Assembly: GCA_963732385.1 (NCBI GenBank)
Contig: CAVSZB010000001.1
Span: 1-64,000, forward strand
Source: an uncultured bacterium
Lineage (GTDB): Bacteria; Krumholzibacteriota; Krumholzibacteriia; LZORAL124-64-63
Direction: 5' to 3'
DNA: 64,000 nucleotides
The position numbers and the translations under genes are program-made. How positions within the stretch are numbered: the stretch's first letter is position 1; the number at the start of each line of letters is the position of its first letter. Positions 36,215-47,111 of this stretch are shown one piece after another. The notes under the pieces were generated by a model. That model ran no database searches and was not told where the DNA came from. It worked only from the letters and a program-made list of their open reading frames with translations.

Positions 36215-36230
36215 CAACGAGTTTGCGGGC
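36191..36230. repeat. Palindromic repeat copy, inverted relative to 31941-31980
   Basis: 39/40 identical to the reverse complement of 31941-31980. Confidence 0.9.
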
Positions 36231-36435
36231 CTGCCGGGTCCGTCGTGATGTTGTCACTTCGGGTCCCGGCCTCGCGGACGGAGATTTCTCGTGACCGCGC
36301 GCGCCGCCCGCCAGCGGCCAGCGCCGGAACCGGGCGGAGTCGGGTCGCGCTCCCAGCCATTCGCTGCTATCCTCGCCGGCGCGGCGCGGGGCGACTGCCC
36401 TCGCCGCCCCACCCACGATGCGAAAGGGCGTTTCG

Positions 36436-36924
36436 ATGAGCAGGGACGATTCTCCCGTGGTGCAGGACCACTACCCCGACGACGTTGCCCACTGCTATGG
36501 CTGCGGGCGGCTCAACCCTCAGGGGCTGCGGCTGCAGACGCGCTGGGACGGCGACGAGACCGTGGCGCTGTTCACGCCGCGCGCATACCACACCGCCATG
36601 CCCGGCTTCGTGTACGGCGGGCTGATCGCATCGCTGGTCGACTGCCACGCGATGGGGACGGCGGCTGCGGCGGCGGAGCGGGCCGCCGGGCGCGACATCG
36701 GCGAGGCGCCGGCGCCGCGTTTCGTCACCGGCATGCTGCGGGTCGACTACCTGCGGCCGACGCCGCTCGGCCCCGAGCTGGAGGTCCGCGGACGGGTGCG
36801 GGAGGCGGGCGGGCGGAAGTACGTCGTGGAGGTGACCGTGGCGGCGCAGGGGACGATCACCGCACGCGGCGAAGTGGTGGCCGTGCGTCTGCCCGATACG
36901 ATGACCGGCGGCTCGCCGGCGTGA
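36436..36924 (+). CDS. PaaI-family thioesterase
   Basis: [22 protein letters not shown] and VDYLRPTP motifs. Confidence 0.88.
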   Translation: MSRDDSPVVQDHYPDDVAHCYGCGRLNPQGLRLQTRWDGDETVALFTPRAYHTAMPGFVYGGLIASLVDCHAMGTAAAAAERAAGRDIGEAPAPRFVTGMLRVDYLRPTPLGPELEVRGRVREAGGRKYVVEVTVAAQGTITARGEVVAVRLPDTMTGGSPA

Positions 36925-37730
36925 TCCCTCCGGGCGGCACCGACCTGCTGATCGCCGCCCTCGCGGGGGCGGCGGCTGGCGTGGTCAACGCGCTGGCGGG
37001 GGGTGGTACGCTCATCACGTTTCCCACGCTCACTGCGCTCGGAATGCCGGCGCTTGCCGCCAACGTGACCAACACGGTGGCGCTCTGCCCCGGCTACCTC
37101 GGCGCCACCATGGCGCAGCGCGGCGATTTGCGGGGGCAGGGGCGGCGACTCTGGCTGCTCGTGCCGGCCGGCGTGCTGGGCGGGCTGGCGGGCGGCTTCC
37201 TGCTGCTGCGGTCGGGCGAGCGGACGTTCCGCGCGCTGGTGCCGTTTCTGATCCTGCTCGCCTCGGCTCTGCTGGCGGCCCAGGAGCCGCTGCGGGCCTG
37301 GCTGAAACGGCGGAGCGCGAGGGTGGAGGGCGCCACGGACGACGCGGCGTCGTGCCCCGCCGGCGTTGGCGCGGATTCCGGCGTCGCCCGGGTCGCCCCG
37401 GCCGCCGGTCTGGCGGCCGTGTACGGCGGCTACTTCGGCGCCGGCCTGAGCGTGATCGTTCTGGCGGTGCTCGGTCTGTTGCTGGATGATTCGCTCACGC
37501 GGCTGAACGCGCTGAAGCAGGCGATCGCGTTCGGTGTGAACGTGGCGGCAGCGGTACTGTTCGCACTGGCGGGACCGGTCGTCTGGCCGGCGGCGCTGGC
37601 CATGGCGGCCGGCGCGCTGCTGGGCGGGACGGCGGGGGGGCGGCTGGCCGGGCGCGTACGGCCGGCGACGCTGCGTCGGATCGTCGTGATCATCGGTGTC
37701 GCGGTGGCCGTGGTCTATTTCGTGCGGTGA
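36921..37730 (+). CDS. TauE/SafE sulfite exporter family protein
   Basis: [21 protein letters not shown] and LNALK motifs. Confidence 0.88.
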   Translation: MIPPGGTDLLIAALAGAAAGVVNALAGGGTLITFPTLTALGMPALAANVTNTVALCPGYLGATMAQRGDLRGQGRRLWLLVPAGVLGGLAGGFLLLRSGERTFRALVPFLILLASALLAAQEPLRAWLKRRSARVEGATDDAASCPAGVGADSGVARVAPAAGLAAVYGGYFGAGLSVIVLAVLGLLLDDSLTRLNALKQAIAFGVNVAAAVLFALAGPVVWPAALAMAAGALLGGTAGGRLAGRVRPATLRRIVVIIGVAVAVVYFVR

Positions 37731-37750
37731 AACGCCGATCTGGAGGACCC

Positions 37751-38116
37751 ATGCCGAAGCTGATCAACGCTCCGTCCGTTATCGAGGCAGCCGGCAACCG
37801 GCCGAAGCGGATCGAGGAGTACGTCGGACGGGTGAACTCCGGCCACCACGACATCAGCGTGGCGCGCATGGTGGCGCCGGCGGGCTGGGTGGAGCCGGGG
37901 CAGACGCCCGGATTCGCGGAGATCACGGTCGTGCTAAAAGGACTGCTGCGCGTGGAGCACGCCGGCGGAACGCTCGAGGTGCGCGCCGGTCAGGCGGTCG
38001 TGACGAGCCCGGGCGAATGGGTGCGCTACGCTACGCCGGAGCCGGATGGCGCGGAGTACGTGGCCGTCTGTCTGCCGGCCTTCTCGCCGGATTCGGTGCG
38101 CCGGGACCCGGACTGA
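37751..38116 (+). CDS. Cupin domain protein
   Basis: IEEYVGRVNSG, EPGQTP and VCLPAFSP motifs. Confidence 0.85.
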   Translation: MPKLINAPSVIEAAGNRPKRIEEYVGRVNSGHHDISVARMVAPAGWVEPGQTPGFAEITVVLKGLLRVEHAGGTLEVRAGQAVVTSPGEWVRYATPEPDGAEYVAVCLPAFSPDSVRRDPD

Positions 38117-38173
38117 GGCGCGCGCGCGGCGCGCTGATCGAGACCCCCATCTTTAGCCGAGGATGTACGCAGC

Positions 38174-38992
38174 ATGGACCCGTTCTACCTGCTCAAGGCC
38201 GCGATCCTGGGTCTCGTCGAAGGGATTACCGAGTTCATTCCGGTCTCCTCCACCGGACACCTGATCGTGGTGCAGAACTGGCTCGCGCTGGCCGGCCGGA
38301 AGGAGAACGCGTTCGCGATCTTCATCCAGCTCGGGGCGATCCTCGCGGTGGTGTGGCTCTACCGGCGGAAGCTGCTGTCGGTGGCGCTGAACTGGCGTCA
38401 CGATCCGCTGGCGCGAAGGCTGATCGTCAACCTGATCCTCGGCACCATCCCGGCAGTCGTGATCGGGCTGCCGACCTCCGACTGGATCGAGGCGCACCTT
38501 TTCCGGCCGTTCCCGGTCGCGCTGGCGTTCGTGCTTGGCGGGGTGGCTATCCTGCTGGTCGAGCGATTCGCCCGCCGCCCGAGCGTGGCGGGTGTGGACG
38601 ACATCCCGGTGCGCAAGGCCATCGGCGTCGGTCTGATCCAGGTGCTGGCGATCATCTTTCCCGGCGTTTCCCGCTCCGGCGCGACCATCATGGGGGGCAT
38701 GACGCTCGGCCTGTCGCGCCGCGCGGCCACGGAGTTCTCTTTCTTTCTCGCCATCCCCGCGATGATCGGAGCCTCGGTGGTCAAGCTGGCGGGCGTTCGC
38801 CACGAGCTGGCCGCGTCCGACGCTCCATTCTTCGCCGTCGGCTTCGTGGTCGCGTTCGTGGCCGCGTTGTTCGTCGTGCGCGCGCTGGTGACCTTCGTGT
38901 CGCACCGCTCGTTCGTCCCGTTCGCCTGGTACCGGATCGCGTTCGGGATCGCTCTGGTGGCGCTGTATTGGAACTCGCGGGCCGGGTTCTGA
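38174..38992 (+). CDS. uppP: Undecaprenyl-diphosphate phosphatase
   Basis: EGITEFIPVSSTGH and PGVSRSGATI motifs. Confidence 0.96.
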   Translation: MDPFYLLKAAILGLVEGITEFIPVSSTGHLIVVQNWLALAGRKENAFAIFIQLGAILAVVWLYRRKLLSVALNWRHDPLARRLIVNLILGTIPAVVIGLPTSDWIEAHLFRPFPVALAFVLGGVAILLVERFARRPSVAGVDDIPVRKAIGVGLIQVLAIIFPGVSRSGATIMGGMTLGLSRRAATEFSFFLAIPAMIGASVVKLAGVRHELAASDAPFFAVGFVVAFVAALFVVRALVTFVSHRSFVPFAWYRIAFGIALVALYWNSRAGF

Positions 38993-39144
38993 TGCGCGCG
39001 CGGGCGGCGGAGCCGGCTCCATCGCCCGCCCCGGGCTTCTGAAAAGTCGCTTCCGGGGCCGAAACGGGCTACAATGTGAGTGATCCGTCTTCGGACGCGC
39101 GCCGGTTAGCGGCGCCCGCCGCACCTGCACGACAGGGGTTGCCC

Positions 39145-40470
<1,326 letters not shown>

Positions 40471-40513
40471 ACAGGGCGACCGGGCCGGACGCAGTCATGA
40501 GGGAGGCCGCGTA

Positions 40514-40795
40514 ATGACCATCGAACGGGCCACCAGGACCTGCCAGTCCTGCGACATGCCGCTCAAACGCGACCCCCAAGGCGGAGGCACACGCGCCGAC
40601 GGCTCCCGGAGCCCGATGTACTGTTCGCATTGTTATCACAACGGCCGCTTCACGCAGCCGGACATCACCGTCGGACAGATGAAGGCGCTCGTGAAGGGGA
40701 AGCTGCGGGAGATGGGCTTCCCCGGACCGGTCGCCGGCCTGTTCACCTGGGGAATCCCGCGGCTCGAACGCTGGCGGAGCGCCCCGACGCGCTAG
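40514..40795 (+). CDS. Zinc ribbon domain protein
   Basis: CQSCDMP...YCSHCY...LERW. Confidence 0.85.
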   Translation: MTIERATRTCQSCDMPLKRDPQGGGTRADGSRSPMYCSHCYHNGRFTQPDITVGQMKALVKGKLREMGFPGPVAGLFTWGIPRLERWRSAPTR

Positions 40796-40867
40796 GAAGT
40801 CTCGCGTCTGCCGTGGTTGCGGCCGCGTTTGCCCGCCGCGCGCGTCGCGATGCAACGGGAGGCCCCC

Positions 40868-41662
40868 ATGCTCTCCGGCGACGGCTCGTTCACCGCCCTG
40901 GTTCGGGACGTCAGCCCCGCCATCGCGCGCTGTGAGCTGACCCACCTGCCTCGCATCGACATCGATGTCACGCGTGCGCGCGCCCAACACCAGGCGTATG
41001 TGGAGACGCTGACCGGGCTCGGCTGCCGGATGATCGCGCTGCAGGCCGAGCCGGACCTGCCCGATTCGGTGTTCGTGGAAGATACCGCCGTCGTTCTGGA
41101 TGAGATCGCGGTGATCGCACGACCGGGGGCGGCTTCGCGCCGGCCGGAGTGCCTCTCGATCGCGATCGTGCTCAGCGACCACCGCCCCCTGGTCACGCTG
41201 GAGAAACCGGCCACGCTCGACGGTGGCGATGTTCTGCTCATGGGCCGGACCGTGTGGGTGGGGCTGTCGGGCCGCAGCAACTGGTCGGCGATCGGCCAGC
41301 TGCGCGCCATCGTCGGGCGACATGGGTACGAGGTGCGTCCGGTCGAGCTGGACGGCTGCCTGCACCTGAAGTCAGCGGTGACGCTGGTGGCGCCCGACAC
41401 CGTCCTGCTCAACCCGGCCTGGGTGGACGCGCGGATTTTCAGCGGGCTCGATGTTGTCACCATCGATCCCGACGAACCGCACGCCGCCAACGCCCTGCGG
41501 ATCGGCTCCGGCCTGATCCACGCCGCGAACTTCCCCCGCACGCGCGCGCGGCTCGAGGCGCGCGGACTCGCGGTCCACCCGGTCGACGTGTCGGAACTGC
41601 AGAAGGCGGAGGGGGCGGTCACCTGCTGCAGTCTGGTGTTCCGGTCGACGGCAGAGACCTAG
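40868..41662 (+). CDS. Dimethylarginine dimethylaminohydrolase
   Basis: DSVFVEDTA, LDGGDV, LHLKS and GAVTCCS motifs. Confidence 0.92.
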   Translation: MLSGDGSFTALVRDVSPAIARCELTHLPRIDIDVTRARAQHQAYVETLTGLGCRMIALQAEPDLPDSVFVEDTAVVLDEIAVIARPGAASRRPECLSIAIVLSDHRPLVTLEKPATLDGGDVLLMGRTVWVGLSGRSNWSAIGQLRAIVGRHGYEVRPVELDGCLHLKSAVTLVAPDTVLLNPAWVDARIFSGLDVVTIDPDEPHAANALRIGSGLIHAANFPRTRARLEARGLAVHPVDVSELQKAEGAVTCCSLVFRSTAET

Positions 41663-41677
41663 GAGGAGCGCAGGACC

Positions 41678-42067
41678 ATGACCGACATGCCCGCGACCCC
41701 CGCGCCCGATCCCCGGCCCCGCCCGAAGAGCGTGGCGCTCGATCCGGCGGCCGGCCGGTACCAGCGGCTGCTTGGCGGACCGCCCGAAACCGTCACCATG
41801 CGCTCAGGCCTGGTGACGCTCTCGCCGGGTCGGGCCGTGGGCTTGCACAACACCGGGGATCGGGAGGAGGCGCTCGTTGTGCTGGAAGGGGCGGGACGCC
41901 TGACGCTGGCCGGCGGGGGCATGCTCGACCTTCTCCCCGGCTGTCTCGCCTACTGTCCGCCGGGGAGCGAGCACGACGTGCTCAACGTCGGTCCTGGCCC
42001 GCTTCGCTATGTGTACATCACGGCGCAGGCTCCGCAAGACCCCATAATGCATGAAGAGACTTCGTGA
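41678..42067 (+). CDS. Cupin domain protein
   Basis: H.T...EE...LEG.G and YCPP..EHDV.N motifs. Confidence 0.85.
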   Translation: MTDMPATPAPDPRPRPKSVALDPAAGRYQRLLGGPPETVTMRSGLVTLSPGRAVGLHNTGDREEALVVLEGAGRLTLAGGGMLDLLPGCLAYCPPGSEHDVLNVGPGPLRYVYITAQAPQDPIMHEETS

Positions 42068-42759
42068 GCGAGAATCCGCTTCGTCAGCCGGGGCCTGCCG
42101 CCCCGTGCCCTGTCGCGGTCGGCTGGACCGGCGCCAGCGGCATCGCTTACGGCGTACGTCTGGTGGAAGTGCTGCTGGCGGCGGGACGCGACGTGCACCT
42201 CGTCGTGTCGGCGGCGGTCGGGCAGACGGCGCCGGTGGAGATGGGCCGGACGCCGGACGAGCTGGTAGCCGCCCTCGCGGGGGGCGATCCGGTCGCGGTC
42301 GTGCCGGGCGAGCCGCCGCGCCCCGTGACGTTCGCTCCCGGTAACGTGCCGTCGGCGGTCCGCGGCGCTTTGCACCGCTGGGGGGAGCGTGAATTCACCG
42401 CCCCTCTGGCAAGCGGGTCGTCGTTGCGGGGAGGCCTCGTGATCTGCCCCTGCTCGATGGGCACGGCTGCCCGCGTGGCGCACGGCACGAGCGAAACCCT
42501 GCTGCTGCGCGCGGCGGATGTCTGCCTGAAGGAGCGGCGCCGGCTCATTCTCGTGCCGCGCGAGACGCCTCTGGCCACACACCACCTGGAGAATCTCGCG
42601 AAACTGAGCGTGCACGGCGCGCTCATCGTGCCGGCCGCCCCCGGCTTCTACCACCGACCGCGTTCGGTGGGCGACCTGGTCGACTTCATCGTGCAACGGG
42701 TCTGCGACCATCTCGATGTCGCCGTGGCTCTGACGGCTCGCTGGGGGGATGACGCGTGA
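42064..42759 (+). CDS. ubiX: UbiX flavin prenyltransferase
   Basis: TGASG, ASGS, PCSMGT, RETPL and PGFYH motifs. Confidence 0.95.
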   Translation: MSENPLRQPGPAAPCPVAVGWTGASGIAYGVRLVEVLLAAGRDVHLVVSAAVGQTAPVEMGRTPDELVAALAGGDPVAVVPGEPPRPVTFAPGNVPSAVRGALHRWGEREFTAPLASGSSLRGGLVICPCSMGTAARVAHGTSETLLLRAADVCLKERRRLILVPRETPLATHHLENLAKLSVHGALIVPAAPGFYHRPRSVGDLVDFIVQRVCDHLDVAVALTARWGDDA

Positions 42760-43610
42760 GCGCGGTCGGCCGCTATCTCGGCCTCGTGAAATTCGAGCAC
42801 ACGCTGTTCGCGCTGCCGTTCGCGCTCATCGGCCTGCTCGTGGCGACGGCCGGGCGGCCGCCGGGACGCGTGCTGCTGTGGGTGGTCGTGGCGATGGTCG
42901 GGGCGCGCAGCGCCGCCATGGCCTTCAACCGCCTGGTCGATCGCGAGTACGACCGGCGCAATCCGCGCACCGCGGACCGGCATCTGCCGACCGGCGCGGT
43001 CACGCCGCGCGAGGCGGCGCTCTTCACGGCGCTCGCGGCTGCCGTGTTCGTGCTTGCGGCGGAGCGTCTCAACCCGCTCTGCCTGGCGCTCTCGCCGGTC
43101 GCGCTGGCGGTCATCCTGCTCTACTCGTACACGAAGCGGTTCACCGAGGCTTCGCATCTGGTGCTCGGCCTGTCGCTGGCGATCGCGCCGGTCGGCGCGT
43201 GGCTCGCCGCAACCGGCCGGTTCGCCCCGTTCCCGCTCTGGACCGCCGCCGGCGTGCTCTGCTGGGTGGCCGGGTTCGACACGATCTACGCCTGCCAGGA
43301 CGTGGATTTTGACCGTCGGGCCGGCCTGCGCTCGCTCGCGGCGCGTCTGGGGGTGCGGCGGGCTCTGCTGGCGGCGAGGGGGCTGCATGTCGTCGCGGTG
43401 GTCTGCCTGGCGATCGCGTTCGGACGCGCGCCGGAACTCGGCGCGTCGGCGCGCGTCGGCGTGGCGATCATGGTGGCGCTGCTGGTCATCGAGCACCGCC
43501 TCGTGCGCGTCGGCGATCTGGCGCACATCGACCGGGCCTTTTTCACGCTCAACTCGTGGATCGGCGTGATGCTGCTCGCCGCGGTGGCGCTGGACCTCTA
43601 TCTGTTCTGA
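42756..43610 (+). CDS. ubiA: UbiA-like polyprenyltransferase (MqnP-type)
   Basis: VKFEHTLFALPF, AMAFNRLVD..D..NPRT and GFDTIYACQD motifs. Confidence 0.93.
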   Translation: MSAVGRYLGLVKFEHTLFALPFALIGLLVATAGRPPGRVLLWVVVAMVGARSAAMAFNRLVDREYDRRNPRTADRHLPTGAVTPREAALFTALAAAVFVLAAERLNPLCLALSPVALAVILLYSYTKRFTEASHLVLGLSLAIAPVGAWLAATGRFAPFPLWTAAGVLCWVAGFDTIYACQDVDFDRRAGLRSLAARLGVRRALLAARGLHVVAVVCLAIAFGRAPELGASARVGVAIMVALLVIEHRLVRVGDLAHIDRAFFTLNSWIGVMLLAAVALDLYLF

Positions 43611-43719
43611 CCGCCGGTGCTGCCTCAGCAATGACGGTTCGAGGGGGGCGGCCGCGGACCTCGCCGGATCGCCCAATTCACGCCTGGATGGGGGGCGATT
43701 TACCCGAGGAGGTCTCGTG

Positions 43720-44313
43720 ATGAAATGGCTGCTGGTCGGCGTCCTGCTGCTCGCGGCCCAAGCCGTCTCTGCCCAGCCTTGCGATCCGCAGTCCAACGGC
43801 ATCGGCATCTACTTCGACCAGCAGGGCTGCGACTACTGCGCGATGCCGGCCCCTTACACAACGGTTACCGGCTACGTCTTGGCTACGAACGTGGATCCGA
43901 GCCTGGGCGGCATCTCCGGCTTCGAATTCAAGCTGTTGTGCGATCCGCTTCCACCAGCGCTTCTCGTCACCGTCCCGGGATATGTGATCCTGGACGACAC
44001 GTTCCCGTTTTATCGGGTGCCACTGTGCGCGGAAAGTGCGCCGGCCATCAAGCTCGCGACCATCAGCATGCTGTGGATCGGCATCACCCCGATCCGGTTC
44101 GGTCTTGGTCCTCATGTGCCGTCCTCCGGCGATGGCACCAGCCCAATGATCGCCGCCGGAAACGACCCGACCCTGTTTGTTCCCCTGCGTTACTTCAGCC
44201 AGAACGTCCCCTGGCCGGGCGAGAACTACGGCTACACGGTGGCCTGGGTCGGCAACTGCCCGGTCGCCGTCGCGGATGCGAGTTGGGGGGGGATCAAGAG
44301 TCTCTTCCGGTGA
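43720..44313 (+). CDS. Hypothetical secreted protein with SWGGIKSLFR C-terminal tail
   Basis: GAGGAGG RBS; signal peptide; IGIYFD motif. Confidence 0.8.
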   Translation: MKWLLVGVLLLAAQAVSAQPCDPQSNGIGIYFDQQGCDYCAMPAPYTTVTGYVLATNVDPSLGGISGFEFKLLCDPLPPALLVTVPGYVILDDTFPFYRVPLCAESAPAIKLATISMLWIGITPIRFGLGPHVPSSGDGTSPMIAAGNDPTLFVPLRYFSQNVPWPGENYGYTVAWVGNCPVAVADASWGGIKSLFR

Positions 44314-44472
44314 TCGCTCAGCGCCGGGGCAGACGACCGAGCAGGGAGAGGCCGGGACCGTTGTTTCTGTCAGGCCGGGCTTGCAGTTGCCGATAGAACT
44401 ATGGGTCCGAATGCGATGGCACAGCCAGGGCAGCGTGTCCGGCAGGCCGTGATCGTTCCGGCCGTCGGCAAA

Positions 44473-44506
44473 GCGGAGGGGGGCGACGACCGTCGCCCCC
44501 TTCCGC
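44473..44506 (-). terminator. Terminator hairpin
   Basis: GCGGAGGGGGGCGACG/CGTCGCCCCCTTCCGC between convergent genes. Confidence 0.6.
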
Positions 44507-44508
44507 GT

Positions 44509-45372
44509 TCAGGGCTCGCGCCAGAGGATGTGGAAGCCGTACGGACTCTCCAGCATCTCCGAAACCTGTCCCGGCCGCAGCCGGAACAGCGCCTCATCAA
44601 GCGGTTGAGGCAGGTCGCCGGGCGCGAGCACGCCCAGATCGCCGCACCCGGTCGCGTTGCCCGCATCGTCGGAGAAGCGACGCGCCAGCCGGCAGAGATC
44701 GGCCCGGGGCGCGATCGCCTGCAGGCGCACCTCCGCCGCGAGCGCGAGCGCCTGCTCCTTCGTGCGGGTGACCGCGGAGGTGGCGAGGTCGGCTCCGCGC
44801 CAGGCGATCAGGATGTGATGGGCGTGGATCCGGACCACCGGCAGGCGTTTGATCACGTGCCAGCCGTAGACCGTCTCCACCACTCCGCACGCTTCGCCTG
44901 GACGCAGGCGGAAAAGCACTGCCTCGAAGCCGAGGTCCATCTGGCCGTGTTCGATGATGCCGAGATAGCCTCCGGTGCGTGCCGCCGCAGGGTCGTCCGA
45001 CCAGCGGAGAGCCAGCTCGGTAAAGTCCCCGCCCGGTTCGGAAGCCAGGCCGGCCGCACGCAGGGCGAGATCCTCCGCCTCGTCCCGGGTGCGGGTCACT
45101 CCGGGGCCCGCCCCCAGACAGCCGCGGTACTGGATGAGGATGTGCGCCGCCGCGGCCTCGCGGCCGCCCATGGTGTCGAACCGCGAAATCCCGGGAGCCC
45201 CCTCCGAAGCGGTTCCGGACGGCGCCGCGGCAGGCGGAGCCGGCGCCTTCCGTTCGCCCCCGCAACCGGCCGCCAGGAGCAGCAGGAGGGCCAGAACGGT
45301 CGCGGTGGCCGACGGAGCGGGTCGGGCGGGCCGGCAGTGCCGGATCGGAGCCGCGGCAGATGGGTGGATCAC
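44509..45372 (-). CDS. Parvulin-type peptidylprolyl isomerase lipoprotein (two PPIase domains)
   Basis: HILI...SDD..GGYLG...GWHVI occurs twice. Confidence 0.9.
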   Translation of the reverse strand: MIHPSAAAPIRHCRPARPAPSATATVLALLLLLAAGCGGERKAPAPPAAAPSGTASEGAPGISRFDTMGGREAAAAHILIQYRGCLGAGPGVTRTRDEAEDLALRAAGLASEPGGDFTELALRWSDDPAAARTGGYLGIIEHGQMDLGFEAVLFRLRPGEACGVVETVYGWHVIKRLPVVRIHAHHILIAWRGADLATSAVTRTKEQALALAAEVRLQAIAPRADLCRLARRFSDDAGNATGCGDLGVLAPGDLPQPLDEALFRLRPGQVSEMLESPYGFHILWREP

Positions 45373-45475
45373 GGGCGAAACTCCTGGTTCAAGGATCTTG
45401 GTTCGGGGTCGATATAGCACAGGAACCGCGTACATGGCCACCACGGACCGGCATACCAGGCGCGAGGAGTGTCCC

Positions 45476-45850
45476 GTGATCCCCGATATTCTAATGGTCG
45501 GAACCGATGTGCCCGTGCTGGATCAGAGCCGTCTGATGGATCAGTTCAGCGACGAGCCGGAAATCATTGACGAGCTGCGCGACCTGTTCCTCGATGACTT
45601 CCCGCAGCAGCTCGCGAAAATCCGCGCCGGCCTCGACTCCAACGATGCCAACCAGGTTGCGCGGGCCGCCCACAGCCTCAAGGGCGCCAGCGGTACGTTC
45701 GGCGCCGAGCGTGTCTACCAGGTATCCCTCTCGATGGAGCAGCTGGCCCGCGAAGGCAAGCTCGAGGGCGTAACCATGGGCTACGATCTCCTTAAGGACG
45801 AGCTGGACAAGGTCGTCTGCGCCATCCAGGAGTTGAATTCCGGCAGCTGA
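45476..45850 (+). CDS. Stand-alone Hpt domain protein
   Basis: AHSLKGASGTFGA motif. Confidence 0.9.
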   Translation: MIPDILMVGTDVPVLDQSRLMDQFSDEPEIIDELRDLFLDDFPQQLAKIRAGLDSNDANQVARAAHSLKGASGTFGAERVYQVSLSMEQLAREGKLEGVTMGYDLLKDELDKVVCAIQELNSGS

Positions 45851-45916
45851 AACGTCTTTCCCGACCCTGCGCGCCGGTTCGGCGATCCCATCCGCCGGGC
45901 CGGCGCTACTGTTTTG

Positions 45917-46789
45917 TCAGGCCTCATCGCCGCCGTCGGGCGGCAGACCGTGGAAGCGCGGCCGCCCCAGCGCATCGAGAATACGTCGCGACAGCAGGTG
46001 GTAGATCTGCACCTCCCAGTTGACGATGCCGGCCCGCTGGTGCATCTGGCGCAGATAGGTAAGGAATTTCCGCCGCTCCGCGTCGCTGTAGCCGACCGCC
46101 GCCATCACCGCCGCGAAGTGCGCGTAGACCGTTTCCAGCTCCGCCTGGGACGGCAGCCGGGTGCCGCGGTGCGGATGGCTGACGGCGTGGGCGATGGCGG
46201 GGGGCACGGGGCGCGAGGCCTGTGCGGTGCGCGGAGCCGCCGCCGCGGCCAGGCACGCCCGACGGAGCTCCCACGCGTACAGCATGACGGCCTGCGCCAG
46301 GTTGAGCGACGGTTGGTGCTGCGCCATCGGCACGGTCGACTGGTAGCGGCAGAGGTTCAGCTCGTCGTTGGTCAGGCCGGTGCGTTCGGCCCCGAACAGC
46401 AGCGCCACCGGGCCGGCGGCGGCGTGGTCCGCCAGTCGCACGGCCAGCGCCTCCGGTGGCAGCAGGGCGCCTTTCCGGAGCTGGCGCGAGCGGCAGGTCG
46501 TGCCGGCCACGACGACCGCGTCGGCCACTGCATCGCGCACGTCGTCGAAGAGAACCGCCTGCTCGAGCAACTCCTCCGCGCCGTGCGCCAAAGCCAGCGC
46601 CTCGCGGCCGAGGTGGTCGTGGGGGCGCACCAGGCGCAGGCGGCGCAGCCCCATTGTCTTGAGCGCGCGGGCCGCGGCGCCGAGGTTCCCAGGTTCGGTC
46701 GTGTGGCTGAGGACGACAACGATGTTGTCCAGCGCGGAAGGTTCCGCGGGACGACCGGCGCGGCGCGTGGTGGAGGAGCTGTCGTTCAC
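45917..46789 (-). CDS. trmJ: TrmJ/LasT SPOUT RNA methyltransferase
   Basis: GNLGAAARALKTMG, FGAERTGLTN and SLNLAQAV motifs. Confidence 0.9.
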   Translation of the reverse strand: MNDSSSTTRRAGRPAEPSALDNIVVVLSHTTEPGNLGAAARALKTMGLRRLRLVRPHDHLGREALALAHGAEELLEQAVLFDDVRDAVADAVVVAGTTCRSRQLRKGALLPPEALAVRLADHAAAGPVALLFGAERTGLTNDELNLCRYQSTVPMAQHQPSLNLAQAVMLYAWELRRACLAAAAAPRTAQASRPVPPAIAHAVSHPHRGTRLPSQAELETVYAHFAAVMAAVGYSDAERRKFLTYLRQMHQRAGIVNWEVQIYHLLSRRILDALGRPRFHGLPPDGGDEA

Positions 46790-46803
46790 GTTGCACCCAG
46801 ACG

Positions 46804-47050
46804 AGGACCCGCCCCCGGGCGAAGGCGGGTCCTGTTATCCGCCGGATGGCGGGAGGCTCGCCTGACGGTCGGCTGGCCCGGTTCCGAAGAGTCGGTTCGG
46901 TCCGGCGGCCGAAGGCCGCTCCGCCAAGCTGCCGGATGATTGAAGGAGCGACCTTGGAGGCGCGTGTCCGCCGCCCCAGGGTCCCGCCTGTCTTGATGCG
47001 GGAACTGCGGCGTCACGAGGGATCTCCGCCTTCGCTCCTCCGGCTTCAAG
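46804..47050 (-). ncRNA. Candidate structured ncRNA or 5' leader (family not recognised)
   Basis: Nested helices across 46931-47044 plus a second multibranch domain; minus-strand TTGTGC-N18-TAACTT promoter-like motif just upstream. Confidence 0.4.
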
Positions 47051-47111
47051 TTACGGGAGACGGCCCCCCCGGCACAAGGGGGGCCGTCAATATATCCGAT
47101 CGACGCGCGCG

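Noticed and set aside
46820..46890. RNase P RNA or c-di-AMP riboswitch
   Set aside because: Only short resemblances (ACAGGACCCGCCTT; CAGCCGACCGTCAGGC); the partner motifs such as GAGGAAAGTCC and GCTGAATCC are absent.
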